NCBI GenBank assembly: GCA_963924565.1
Contig: OZ004614.1
Coordinates: 23,808,001 to 23,872,000 of the forward strand
DNA length: 64,000 nucleotides
Reading direction: 5' to 3'
From: Ascidiella aspersa
Taxonomy: Eukaryota
Under the pieces are notes generated by a model that did no database searches, was not told the DNA's origin, and worked only from the letters and a program-made list of their open reading frames with translations. Both the position numbers and the translations under genes were made by a program. Positions within the stretch are counted from its first letter, which is position 1. The number at the start of each line of letters is the position of its first letter. Positions 25,777 through 38,900 of this stretch are shown piece after piece.

Positions 25777-28700
25777 TTACAAAGCCGTTGTGAGCGATTG
25801 TTCGCCTTTAGACGAAGCATCACCATCGTAATTAGCTTCGTATTCCAAGTTGTTTTCCACCTTTTGGGGCTTTCCTACGCCTATCGCACACTTCTTTTCT
25901 TCATCTCCCACTTGAGCCCCGCTCTCGTATTTGTCGTAAGGCACTCCGCACCAAAGTAAGCGCCGAGTTTCAGCGGGAATCCATTTGAAAACCACGTGGT
26001 CGAAGATTGGAATGGTGACACCACGTGGAAGTTTGCTCGGCTGCTGGTAACCTGTCGCGAAATATAGTAAAGCAAATTTAGGATTAACTGCTTAGCTAAC
26101 TTCATATAGCATCCAAATTATATAACCAATATGATAAATATAAACCTAAAAATGTCAATAATTTCAGAAAATTTGAGAGTTTACAGAACAACTGATGAAG
26201 AGAATGTCGAACAATGTATAATTAAAGTAACCATTACCAGTGAAAAACGTGACAATGTGTCCAACAACAAGTGCAACACAGAATCCAATGATGCCATACA
26301 TAAGATAAGAAACAGAATACAATTCACTAATTGGAGGTCTGTAAGGGGTTGAAGATGTTGTGCTTTGCAAGAAGTCTGCAAAACAACAAGATTGGACTGC
26401 TTCAGCATTTAGATATTTGCTTAATGTAAAACGACAATATTAGGCTTCGGTATTGAATTTTTCGTTTAAAATGCCGATTTAATAATTGTTAGTAAATAAT
26501 GAAGTATCATATGGTAATTAATGCGTTGGGGTGCAGCCACCAGATGGCAACAAGCATTACAGAGTATGTTGACTGTTCATTAAATAGCGAATGATTTACA
26601 AATGTTCTGCTATAAGTTTAACACCAGTTGGGTCAGTTGTCAACCTGTTGTCAGCGTAGAAGAGGTCACGGTTGCCGTTGAATTGGGAACGACGCATTGT
26701 TCTGTGCTTAAGGCAAGCGCCCTAAGGAAGTGTGCAGCGGGAGGGTAAATGGTGCTGCCGATGTAAATCCACATTCCCACCGAAAAACCGCTTAAAGTCC
26801 CGGCTAATGCTCCCTGAAAAACATTCGGCTTTTAAATTTAAACCAGGGCTGCGAAGTCAGTTAAGAACAACGTGATTCCGAATCGGATTGCAGTCATAAG
26901 AGCGAGATAAGAACCACATCAACGTCGGATTAAAACAAGTTCGGAATAAGGCAAAAATGCGGCTAATACCTGAAAGTCGTAGTACCGTCTATATTGGAAT
27001 AAGTTCTAAACAATTTGGAATAAGACCTAAATGGTAAATTCCGGCCTAAAAAACACTTCAACTAATCCCAAAACCCAACCTTAGGTACATCACAAAGTCC
27101 CGGCTAATGCTCCCTGAAAAACATTCAACTATATTAAGGTTATACTATAGGGCTGCGAAGCCCCTCGACAGCGGAGTAGACATTAATGTCCAGTACCCTC
27201 GATTCCCACAAAATAAATCAAGTTGTTCGAGCTCCGAGACCGGCTGTAAATTGTAACCGTGCATTCCACCTTATTCCACCTATCAAGTAATCAGAATGGG
27301 TTGGTATACAGCCATCAATTTGTATGGATGTTGCATGATGACTGATCCAGTCACAAACTTAGGTAGAAAATATACTACCCTTTGCTATTTCACTTCTATG
27401 TTTTACAATACATGGCCTTAGCGGTTCTGAACTTGCTACTGTAATTTTAGTGACCCGAGTCTCGAGTCCTGTGTCAGCCTATGGTTCATTATAATCAAGG
27501 AATGCATTTTGCAAATAATGACCATGTAACGCGCATGGTGTCTGTAACCGTATATAAATCATGAATTATCATTTACTCTTTAAACTTCTTTTTTCTCTTA
27601 TTCAACAACTTGCTGCTTTTCCAATTATATAAACATATGTTATACACATCGGCGACTTACCCAAGAATTGCACCAGGGAAAGGCCCATCCCATTGTAAAG
27701 AGGGCCAAAATTGGTCCGGATGAAGTACCGCTGAGACTTAACGCTGCGTTTAAGACTCCGCCGAGATTCGAACCCAAGGCTGCCATACCCAGGCAGCAAG
27801 CGCCGAAGAACACCACCAGAATCTAAATCCATAACTGTGTTTTCATTGGACAGCAAAAACTGTACAAGACAAATTTGGCTTTAAAACCAGTTTGGGGGTT
27901 CGTTGCTAATGTAAAAGTAAGACAGCAAGTTGTAAAAGGGCTATCATCAAAATTTCGTAACCTTTTATTTGCGGCAAACTAAAAACAGTGATTTTGTTTT
28001 TGTTTTTTATAGCAAGCTGTAAAATAGTGATCACCGATGATATTGCTGAGCGATAATATAACAGCAAAACTTTGCGACCCAAGTGTGTTCGTTAAATGTT
28101 TCGTAAGAAAAAAAATATATATATATAAGAAATATTGTGGCTGAGCAATACTGCTGTAAAAGAACATGACAAGAATTTTAAGAAAAAAGATGTGTGATAT
28201 TTTGAACAGCTGATTTCAGATTCTTGGTGTTATCGTATTAATCAGCGACAGTAATAATAAAACACGAGCTTTCTTTAAGGCATATACTTGACACAAAACC
28301 ACCGATGAAAGGGTAAAATACCTTTGAAACCAGGACTGACATCTTTTGCGATAAATTCTTGTGCGGTTTGATGAAGTCGTCCAACACGACAGCGGCCAAT
28401 GCGTTTATGCCAGACGAAACAGTGCTGTAAAGGTATTGTAAAAACCTTGTTTTTTATAATGACTTACCTAACTCACTGTAAGCATTCGTTGTATGCTTTG
28501 TGCTATTCAGTGATCCATTAGTACCACAAAGCTTTACTTAAAGCTCATTGTCGCTTGTCTTCAAATTTCAAAACATACCTTGCAGCTGATGAAACGAGTT
28601 TTTCTCTATGTTTACTACCCAGTTTAATTGGTAGTGAAGCGCATCGCAAAGGTTTTGTGTCGAATATTAACAGTTTACAAAATAAAAATAAGAGTTTACT

Positions 28701-31700
28701 TTTAACAATTTATTGACTTCCGCTAGGCATTGTAAAGCTTAAGTAACGTTTCAAAGCGCTTTTTTAACAACTATTATAGTTTTGATTGACGCTAACGTGT
28801 AGAACTTTAATTTAATTAAAAGATCCAATTGCAAATAAATCAATCCAATGTTTGTTATTTCTCGAGGTGAGGTCGTGCATTTAAACCAGGGGTCGGAAAC
28901 CTTCTCCACTTAGCGGAATATTTTGGGTTGTATTTCCGTGAGAGCCGTATTAAAACTTTCAACAATTGTTTAGATTGGCGAAATAGTAATTTGAAATGGG
29001 CAGTTTAAAAAGCAGTGTTGTAATGATATAAGTCAATGACTTGACTTAAGTGCACTTAAGTCACTGTTTTTAAATGACTTGACTTGACTTAAGTAATTTG
29101 GACAAATGACTTGGGTTAAAATAAATTGTTTTAATTAAGCAATTACTTATAAAATTGCGCTATTCAGCCCAATCTTTGCACATAAAAGAATTTGCTTGTT
29201 ATATGCTGCCTTTATGTTATTTTTGACTTGAGTTGCTCATAATCGGAGGAGTTGTCCGGTTTTCATAATTTAAAGTTTTATTTTTTTGACAAGGGCTGGA
29301 CTTGAAGTTGACTTGCTCTAATTATGACTTGACTGGGACTTGACTTGGGCAACCGATGACTTGGACAGGGATTTGACTTGTTGTTTATTCAAAAAGACTT
29401 GACTTGTACTTTCAAAATGACTTGTTTACAACACCGTTGAAAAGATAACATAGTAAGCGCGAAAAAGTTATTTAATTTTACAAAACTTTGATCACAGAAT
29501 GTCATGGCACGAAAAAGGCCTTTCTTCAAATCGGTTAACAGCTACGAAAAGAAAAGCACGGAAAAAGTTGGTAATACACTAGTTTTAAATTACAAGAAAT
29601 ATAGGTTGAAAGGGGCCGCTTCCAGTTTTTTTTTAGTCATGGTGAGAAATGATAAAGTTTATTCTTTGAGCAAGATTACGTCATCAAAAGAGCCATATAT
29701 GGCTCGTGAGCCATACCTGATTTAAAAAATAGGGTTAAATCTGAAGACTGATTTGACCTTAGAGTTCCGCTGAAAGCACTGCACAAATAGACTCCAGGCA
29801 GCCCGGGCGTGGAGTAGAGGATGTCCATGACGAAGTATGGCATGAGTTGGTCGGTGGCTGACACCCAGCCCGCAGAGAAAGGGTCGCAGTCGGCGTAATA
29901 GGCGAACATTACAAGGCCACAAAGGCCTGCCAACATCATTATAATAGTCTTTCCTAATGCGCCCAGGTAAACCGCCCTATGATAAACATGTAAAGCTTTG
30001 CTGCTATGCAAATAATAATACTATATCGGTATATAGAATTAATTCTCAATGGACTTGCACACCCAAATTCTTTCTTTCTCAAAATCTGTTAAATAGGCAT
30101 GGCATGGCACGGATTTCAAAATAGTTTTATACCTGATTTATAGCAACAACTATTTTAAAACATAAAACCAAGAGTAACTTTGATTTATATATATGTTGTT
30201 AGGCTTCCACACCCAAATTCAATTAATTTCTCAAAATCTGTTAAATAGGCATGGCATGGCACGGATTTCAAAATAGTTTTATACCTGATTTATAGCAACA
30301 ACTATTTTAAAACATAAAACCAAGAGTAACTTTGATTTATATATATGTTGTTAGGCTTCCACACCCAAATTCGATTAATTTCTCAAAATCTGTTAAATAT
30401 GCATGGCATGGATTTCAAAATAGTATTACACCTCATTTACAGCAAAAACTATTTTAAAACATAAAACCAAGAGTAACTTTTGATTTATATATATGTTGTT
30501 AGAAACACAAAAAATCCAAAATGATCATTCTTACGCTTTTGCGTGTTTTTCTGTCTTGCAAGAAAGATATCGTTGCACATATGTGTAGGAGGTCCCATCG
30601 CCGGACACTGTGCCCATCGTGCCTCCACATATGATCAACCAGAAGGTGTGTCGGTAACGGGGATCGAACTCGAAACTTCCAAAGAACATTCGGCGAGTTT
30701 ATTTCACATAAACAGTAAAATTTATTTTTTACATAAACTCAAAAAAAAAATTTTTTTTTCAGTTTATCTCACATAAACAGTAAAATTTTTAAACTCACTG
30801 TACAAAGTCGATTCTTGCGTGTTGTTCAGCGATGGCCCACACATTACTTATCCCTCCCAACTTTATGCAGCCTTGTATGATCACAGCAACGAACCCTAAG
30901 CACATCACTATGCACTGGAAGACATCAGTCCATATGACCGCCTTCAAACCGCCCAATGTAGTGTAGAACGTGCAAACAACACAAGTAACTACAACTGATG
31001 TCCAAGTATCAAGACCAGTTACTGGAAAAATATTAAAAAAAACGCTCCCTTAGGGATACGAGCATAACTTATTTTAATTGTAAGTCAGTTAAACTGGTGC
31101 TTTGAATTATGACTTTGGAGACATACTCAACACAAAAAAATGTAGTTTTGGGGTACATGGTCTGGTAACCACTGGATTCGCCCCTGCAACTGGTAACGCT
31201 ATGTTGAGCAATTATATTGAGTCAATTAGATTAACTCTGAGGAATTTGGCTGAACCAGAGGAACCAGATCTGGTAAAAAAAAGATGTGACTTAAGTGCAC
31301 TTAAGCCAAGCAATTAACTTAAATCATTCCAACACGGCAAAAGACAAATCTAAGGCTCGCCTCAAGGTGAAAAGCTACTTGTTTAATATTCGTTTCAAAA
31401 TTTAGCGTAGTTACCTGCATTAAGTGCCAAGGATGGCGCGTAAATGACGATTCCCATGTAGAGGAAATGTTGTATGGTGAATATCGCGGCCGCCATGATC
31501 CGAACCGCTTTGTTGAAGCGAATCTCCAAATACTAGAAGGTAAAGAAGTGCGTGAGTGCGTGAGTGCGTGAGTGCGTGAGTGCGTGAGTGCGTGAGTGCG
31601 TGAGTGCGTGAGTGCGTGAGTGCGTGAGTGCGTGAGTGCGTGAGTGATTGTGTTAACTTACCTCGTAACTGCTGTTGATTCGATTTTTATAGAACAGCGG

Positions 31701-32356
31701 AACGTAGATTTCAGCAACAGCTATTGCCGTCAAGTTATCCGAGACCATGTACCAAGCAAACATTGTCCCAAATATGTAGAATTCTGACGGAATTCCGATT
31801 ACTGAAATTCAACACAGAATATTTCCTTGTGTGGGATACCTCATAACCTTGCAAATGAATTTAAAGTTTACGGCTATACTTCAATACCTTGCACACGGCT
31901 CTACATTTGTTTTCGTGACAAAATGACAGCCGTTACTTCCAACTGTAACCATACTTTAATGTAAGTAAAACGTATTGAAAATATCTACTCCCATATATTT
32001 CGAGTATTTCCTTATTTCTTTTCCGCATAGAGACAAGACACTACTTCTAAGGACTTTTCTGCATGGGCTTTGACATTCTTACTACGTTTACTACAACCTT
32101 CAACAATTATGCTCAAAACTATACTTAAGCAAATAACGTGTAGCCTACCAGTTATTGCGGATAAAAAGCTTGCAGTGATGGAAAGAGAAACAGGGATGGC
32201 GTGCATCTTTCTTCCAGCCCTCAAGTAATCATCACTACTAGCTTCTTTCTTGCGAGATTTGTAGGCAAAGTAGGCTCCGATGGAAGCGGATACAAGGAAG
32301 AGTCCTCCGAACACAACGTAATCCAAAGCTCTCAATGATCGCTGGACTTCCTCCAT
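25777..32356 (-). CDS. SLC5A5/8/12-like Na+/solute symporter, paralog A, 631 aa; exons 32356-32149, 31801-31662, 31532-31415, 31021-30799, 30675-30535, 29976-29758, 28424-28322, 27822-27661, 26813-26645, 26375-26238, 26051-25777
   Basis: SSF motifs [62 protein letters not shown]; C-terminal class I PDZ motif TAL. All 11 exon lengths equal those of paralog B (1896 nt in total). Confidence 0.93.
29013..29436. mobile_element. Full-length ACTTG-family hAT MITE nested in another MITE (about 28887-29718)
   Basis: TIR CAGTGTTGTAA / TTACAACACCG; TSD TTAAAAAG / TTGAAAAG; absent from the homologous intron of paralog B. Confidence 0.85.
30056..30502. repeat. Tandem repeat of about 150 bp, 3 copies, in intron 5 of paralog A
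   Basis: CACACCCAAATTC...TTGTTAG unit occurs three times; single copy in paralog B. Confidence 0.9.
31547..31646. repeat. (GAGTGCGT)n octamer repeat
   Basis: About 12 perfect units; degenerate CACT/CACG counterpart at 36850-36900 in paralog B. Confidence 0.95.
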
Positions 32357-32800
32357 TTTAAATTATTTGGTATACCTATGATTTAACTGTCTCTTTGGTG
32401 CCTAAACCCAAAAAATTAATCAAAAAACAGCGAAATAATAGTACTATATATAAATAAAAATGCAGACTTCCAAATTATTGCACAAAAAACTGTCACAAAG
32501 CTTTACAATACACCAACTTTTTGCTCGTTTAAGCCATCGACTTAAAATACATATCAGTTATGTATATACTGTCATTTTTACTGGCTCTACTTTTCTTATG
32601 AAACTAAAACAAATAATCATAAAGCAGTGAAATTATGATAATATATAAATTTACAAAAGCAAAATTGTGTCTTTCAGGTGACCTAACATTTGTTAACACT
32701 CACAAACGTCATAAAGTTAATGATCTAGATTCAAGATAACAGTGAGAAATCAACATGTTATAAGCAGATCCCTTCTTTTTGCCTGTTTAAGCCATTTTTA

Positions 32801-33408
32801 AGTTTTTTGCCTTTCGCTATTGCACCATTTCTCGTTTTTGCGCGCGCATAATAGCGCGACGCATCGCATAGGAACAATCACCAATTAGGCGTGGTAGTGC
32901 GCGCCTTCCACGTAAATAATACAATTAGCTTCTAGCCTTTAGGGCCAATTTACTTCCTATGTAAAGCCTTTGTTTTTCGGTGCATGGTGCAGTCGGCACC
33001 AACATTACCTAACATTTCATTTTTCGTCCCTACTGTTTTGCTTTGCACCGTGCGAAAATTGTACGTTCGCTATTGTTCTTTGTCGACGCAAGCAATATTA
33101 GAAAAAGTGCCGAGTATTGCAGAGCTTGATTTCTACCAAAGTTTTCAAGTTTTTTTTTTTTTTTTTTTTTTTTTTTTGTCTGGCGTATATTGGGTCTTCG
33201 TGTTGATGCTGTTGCCGACTGCACCATACACCGAAAAACAAGAGCTTTAAATAGCAACTAAATGGGCCCAAAGGCTAGAAGCTAATTGCATTATTTACGT
33301 GGAAGGCGCGCACTACTGCGCCTAATTGGTGATTGTTCCTATGCGATGCGTCGCGCCATTATGCGCGCGCAAAAATAGAAATGGAGCAATAGCGAAAGGC
33401 AAAAAACT
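32801..33408. mobile_element. Foldback-type non-autonomous DNA element with TIRs of about 210 bp, flanked by TA
   Basis: AGTTTTTTGCCTTTCGCTATTGC... / ...GCAATAGCGAAAGGCAAAAAACT. Confidence 0.85.
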
Positions 33409-33504
33409 TACAGCCATCGTTATAAATAAATGTTGTTACCGGGCTTGGTAATAATAATAATAATAATAATAATAAATGAATAGAAATCCTTTGGTAATTG
33501 TAAT

Positions 33505-33560
33505 TGTTAATCAACGTTTCAGCAACCTACAGCACTAACATCGCCTTCTTCAGACTGAAT
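33505..33560 (-). ncRNA. Degenerate minimal hammerhead motif; duplicated copy at 34888-34943
   Basis: CTGAAGA-A-GGCGAT...GTTGCY-GAAA-CGTT; stem I is poor. Confidence 0.5.
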
Positions 33561-34376
33561 TACGCCAAATTTCTTTTAAAGCAGCCCTACATTTGTTTGA
33601 ATCGTAATTTACTGTTAAATGCCATAGTATACATCCAAAACGAACGAACAGAGGGTTACGAGTTGAAAAGAATATTAGCTGATTAATAGTTCCACTATTA
33701 CGCGTCATACTTAACCAAAGAATAAGAAGCTAAAAACTATTTCCTTTTTGGCTAGTTACCTCTCCAAAGTAAAACGATTCATTGGAACGATATTCTATTT
33801 GCTTCTATTTTACCAGGAATCCCTAAAGGGCAATTCTTTTCATCCGACATTTCAACTACAAATCAAGCAAAATGCATTCAATTTTAGATTTGATGGAAAG
33901 CGCGAGATCAAACGACAAACTAGGCGTGTCAAGTTTGGGTTTATATCAGCACTAAGCTAATATTTGCGCAAAGTATTTTGCTTTGTTGTTATACGTGCTA
34001 ACTAATTAAATTCATCTTGTGTAGGATTGCGAAACTTCGTCGCAATGTTAACATTCAAATAATTAGCGAAACATTATTATTGAAATTATAAGCACACGAA
34101 AGAGATCTGAAACCATTTTGAATTAGTTGCTATTCCTGTGAATTTTACTGGCTCTACTTTTCTTACTAAATTAAAACAAATGATCGCAAAGCAGTGAAAT
34201 TATGATAATATATATATTTGTAAAAGCAAAATTGTGTATTTCAAGTGACCTAACATTTGTTAACACTCACAAACGTCATAAAGTTAATGATCTAGATTGA
34301 AGACAACAGTGAGAAATCAATGTGTTATAAGCAGATCTCGTACCTTAAAATAGACCAGCTTTATGTCTTTTTAAGC

Positions 34377-34806
34377 CAGGGGTGTCCAACAAGCGGCACG
34401 CGTGCCAAATAAAAACTGGCACCCAAGCCCCCCTAAATTACTTAATTTGCTATTCAGCCAATTGTAAAAAAAAATACCTCATTTTTTATACAGTAAATTG
34501 CCATTGTTTATGCACAATAAAAACAATCGCTGCAATCACGACAAGTGACAATTACTTCTAATACTATAACATTATATTGTAGTGGAGGCTAGCATTCACA
34601 TAACTATAAAGTTTGATGTGAAGAAACAAAGAGTCAGCTCACCGACGGACATTTAGATGCAGTAATGCGCACTGCTAACTACACGTTTTTATTATTTGAA
34701 CAAAACGCTTTTATTATTAGAAAGAATTATATTACTAAACTTTGGCACGGGAAAAAGTTATAGGATAAAAATTGGCACGCCGGCATGTTTGAGTTGGACA
34801 CCCCTG
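34377..34806. mobile_element. hAT-type MITE
   Basis: 14-bp TIR CAGGGGTGTCCAAC / GTTGGACACCCCTG with subterminal GGCACG repeats; TSD not clear. Confidence 0.8.
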
Positions 34807-35956
34807 GTTTCAGAGATCGATATACTTTAATAAATAAATGTTGCTACCAGGCAATAATAAAAAACACATCCTTTGGTAATTGTAATTGTTGACAAACGTT
34901 TCGGCAACCTATAGTATTAAAATCGCCTTCTTCAGTCTGAATGACGCCGAACGCTCATATACGGGTGAAAATTTATTTTAAAGCAAAGAAACTTTCCTTA
35001 CATTTGTTTAAATCGCACTTTACTGTTAAATGCCATAGCATAGGGCCTACATCAAAACGGACGAACAGGGAGTTATGATTCAAAAAAAATATTAGCTAAA
35101 ATTAATAGTTCCACTAATACGCGTGATACTTAACCGAAGAATGAGAAGCAACAAAACTATTTCTTATTTGCCTGGTCCTCTTCATACTAAAACGATCCAT
35201 TGAAACGATGTTCTATTTGCTCATATTTTACAAGGAGTTCCTAAAAGGCAATGCTTTAATTCCGACATTTCAAATACAAATAAAGCATAAAGCAAAATGC
35301 ATTCCACTTACATTTAAGGGGAAATGCAGGATCAAACGCCAAACTAGGCGTCAGACAACACAGGTCAGGTTTGAGTTTATATCGGGTTTAAGCCAATATT
35401 TGCGGAAAGTCTTTTGCTTTGTAGTTATACGACTGATGATGGTCTGTGGTTAAGGTCGTAGAAAAGCAATATTTGTCATAAAATCTGAGCAACTTAGATG
35501 CATTTTGACTAGGTTGTGTTTAGTGCAGGAGAGAATTTAGCAAATGCCGACTTTGTAACTTCGCATATATATTGACATTTCACGTTTAATCTGTGGATAA
35601 GTTTTATATGTTAGAAGTCGAACTACTAGTTTGTAGTTTATATTTCAGCCAGGTTTTGTAGTTTTAAATATTTAGAGTTTTCCACCCTTGACGTGGTTTT
35701 TGGGAAAATATTATTTTATCAATCTAATATAGCTGAGACTTTCAATACTTTACATTTTACTCCCATTCAGATTCCCGATATGTTACACAAGGATAACCAC
35801 AATCTTATTCATTTTGCAGAAGGTTTGGTCACCTGTAAAACATTATTTTGTGTTTTTGATTATACTTATAAATTAATTCACTGCTTTGTGCTTACTTTTT
35901 AATTTCGTAAGCACCAAAGAGACAGTTAAAACCATAAGTATAGGATCGAATTTAAA

Positions 35957-38900
35957 ATGGAGGAAGTCCAGCGATCATTGAGAGCTTTGGATTACGTTGT
36001 GTTCGGAGGACTCTTCCTTGTTTCCGCTTCCATTGGAGCCTACTTTGCCTACAAGTCTCGTAACAAATCTGCTAGTAGTGATGATTACTTGAGGGCTGGA
36101 AGAAAGATGCACGCCATCCCTGTTTCTCTTTCCATAACTGCTACCGCTTTGTCCGCAATAACTGGTATACGTTATTTACCTAATTATATATCAAAATGGT
36201 TTAAAGTTTTAGTAAAACGAGGTAAGAATATCAAAGCCCATGCAGAAGAGTCCTTAGAATCAGTGCCTTACCTTTATGTTGAAAATGAATAAAGAGATAT
36301 TCGAAATGTATGGGCTTTGATATTTTTACTACGTCTTACTTATATTTAAGTGCATAGGTAGGTCTAGTTACAGTTGGTAGTAACGGCAGTCTATTCGTCA
36401 CAAAAATAAGTGTCGTGTGCAAGGAAATGAAATAGGAAATAAAACCGTAATATTAGAATTGATTTGCAGGATTCATTTTGCACACTTTTAAGTATTTTCA
36501 CCTTAACATAAGTTTGCGTTTGCTTTTTCGCATGATATACGTTAATAAAAACCGCGGTAAAATTGCTTCAGATTAAGGTTATACACGCTTCATCAGTTAT
36601 AACTAATTAGGGAATCACAAAAACAGGATTTATGTTTCCCTTAGTAGGGCATCTGTTATCAGGTAGTCCACACAAGGCAGTATTCTGTGTTGAATTTCAG
36701 TTATCGGAATTCCGTCAGAATTCTACATATTCGGCACAATGTTTGCTTGGTACAATATCACGGCTGGCCTGGCAGCAATTGCTATTTCCGAAATCTACGT
36801 TCCACTGTTCTATAGAAATCGAATCAACAGCAGCTACGAGGTAAGTTCCCTCACTCACTCACTTCACGCCTTCACGCACTCACGCACTCACGGCACTCAC
36901 GGTTCCTTTCTTGGTCATGTCCTGTCGCTCTTGGATCTAACCCGTTTATCTTTTAGTATTTGGAAATTCGCTTCAACAAAGCGACTCGGATCATGGCCGC
37001 CACGATATTCACCATACAAAACTTCGTCAACATGGGAATCGTCATTTACGCGCCATCCTTGGCTCTTAATGCAGGTAAGCACGCCTATTTTTTTATGATT
37101 GTCTTAACTTGCAGTGTTGCAATGACTTAGCTTATGTGCACCTAATCACTGTTTTCAAATGACTTTGTTTGGACTTAAGCGTTGGCAAAAGTAAGTCGGA
37201 ACGTTCCGAAATGTGTTCGGTAACACAATTGCTGTCGGAACAGCGTTCCTATAAGATTGTTTTAGGTACGCCATAACGGTAAACAAAGTGTTCCCTTATA
37301 CCAAACTCATGGATTTTTCACTATAATGGTGTATGTTTCAAACCTCATAATCTAAAGAACAAATTCGAGTTTAACTGACTCATTTTTTATTTTAAAACTT
37401 CGTCTAAGGGTTTTATTTTAATACTTGTCTGTTTGTCCAGTAACTGGTCTTGATATATGGGTTTCGGTTGTTCTTACCTGTGCTGTTTGCACGTTCTACA
37501 CTACATTGGGCGGTTTGAAGGCGGTCATATGGACTGATGTCTTCCAGTGCATAGTGATGTGCCTAGGGTTCGTTGCTGTGATCATACAAGGCTGCATAAA
37601 GTTGGGAGGGATGAGTAATGTGTGGGCCATCGCTGAACAACACGGAAGAATAGACTTTGTACAGTGAGTTTAAAAATTTTACTGTTTATGTGAGATAAAC
37701 TGAAAAAAATTTTTTTTTGAGTTTATGTCAAAATAAATTTTACTGTTTATGTGAAATAAACTCGCTGAATGTTCTTTGGAAGTTTCGAGTTTGATCCCCG
37801 TTACCGACACACCTTCTGGTTGATGATATGCGGAGGCACGATGGGCACAGTGTCCGGCGGTGGAATCTCATACACTTCTGTGCAACGAATTCTCTCTTGC
37901 AAGACAGAGAAACACGCAAAAGCGTAAGAATTGTCATCTTGGGTTTTTTGTGTTTCCAAAAACATATATTTATATAATGTGAAATGCGAATCAAAGTTAC
38001 TCTCGGTTTTTATGTTTTATAATAGTTCCTATAAATTGGATTATCAAACTATTTTGAAATGCATGCCAAACATATTTACCTTATTTAAAAAAAATCAATA
38101 TAATGTTATTCAGAACAAAATTCCAAATATATAGTAAAGTGGGGTTCTCTTTAAAGTATTGGATATAATAAACCATCTTAGGGTGTGCAATTACTTAATA
38201 TTTAATATTTTATATTTGCATAGCAGCAACGCTTTACATTTTTATTATAGGGCGGTTTACATGGGTGCTTTTGGAAGGACTATTTTATTACTGTTGGCAG
38301 GCCTCGCTGGCCTTGTAATGTTCGCTTATTACGTCGACTGCGACCCTTATTCTGCGGGCTGGGTGTCATCCACCGACCAACTCATGCCATACTTCGTCAT
38401 GGACATTCTCTACTCCACGCCCGGGCTGCCTGGAGTATATTTGTGCAGTGCTTTCAGTGGAACTCTAAGGTTAAGTCAGTCTTCAGGTTTATACATATTG
38501 TAATATGCACGAACTCAGGAAATAACGACCATCGGATTTAATTATTTACAGTTAGATATTTTAATTAAATTCAAGTAGTACACTTTGGCGTCAGTCCAGA
38601 CTTATATAGTTTGAAAAACTTTTGAATTGTTGCGAAACCGTTACAATGCTCAGCTGAGTGAATAAATTGTTGAAAGTGAACTCTGTACACTATAGTCAAC
38701 ACATAACCATGTCGATGCGCTTCGTATAGTCTGGTTAGTAAAAATTGAGAATCAACTAGACCAGGGTGGTCCAACTTCTTTTCATCGCGGGCCAAAAACA
38801 AGGTTTTTTTTATCTTGCGGGCCAATGTTGTTTTTAAATTGCAAATCTTAGGCATATTGCTGGCAAATTATACATAGTTCATGGCATATACTAACTTTAT

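Noticed and set aside
35430-35470. CTGATGATGGTC... candidate hammerhead
   Set aside because: GAAA is displaced and stem II is mostly wobble pairs
36510-36605. Minus-strand CTGATGA-AGCGTG...CATGC-GAAA
   Set aside because: No stem III or NUH cleavage site can be built
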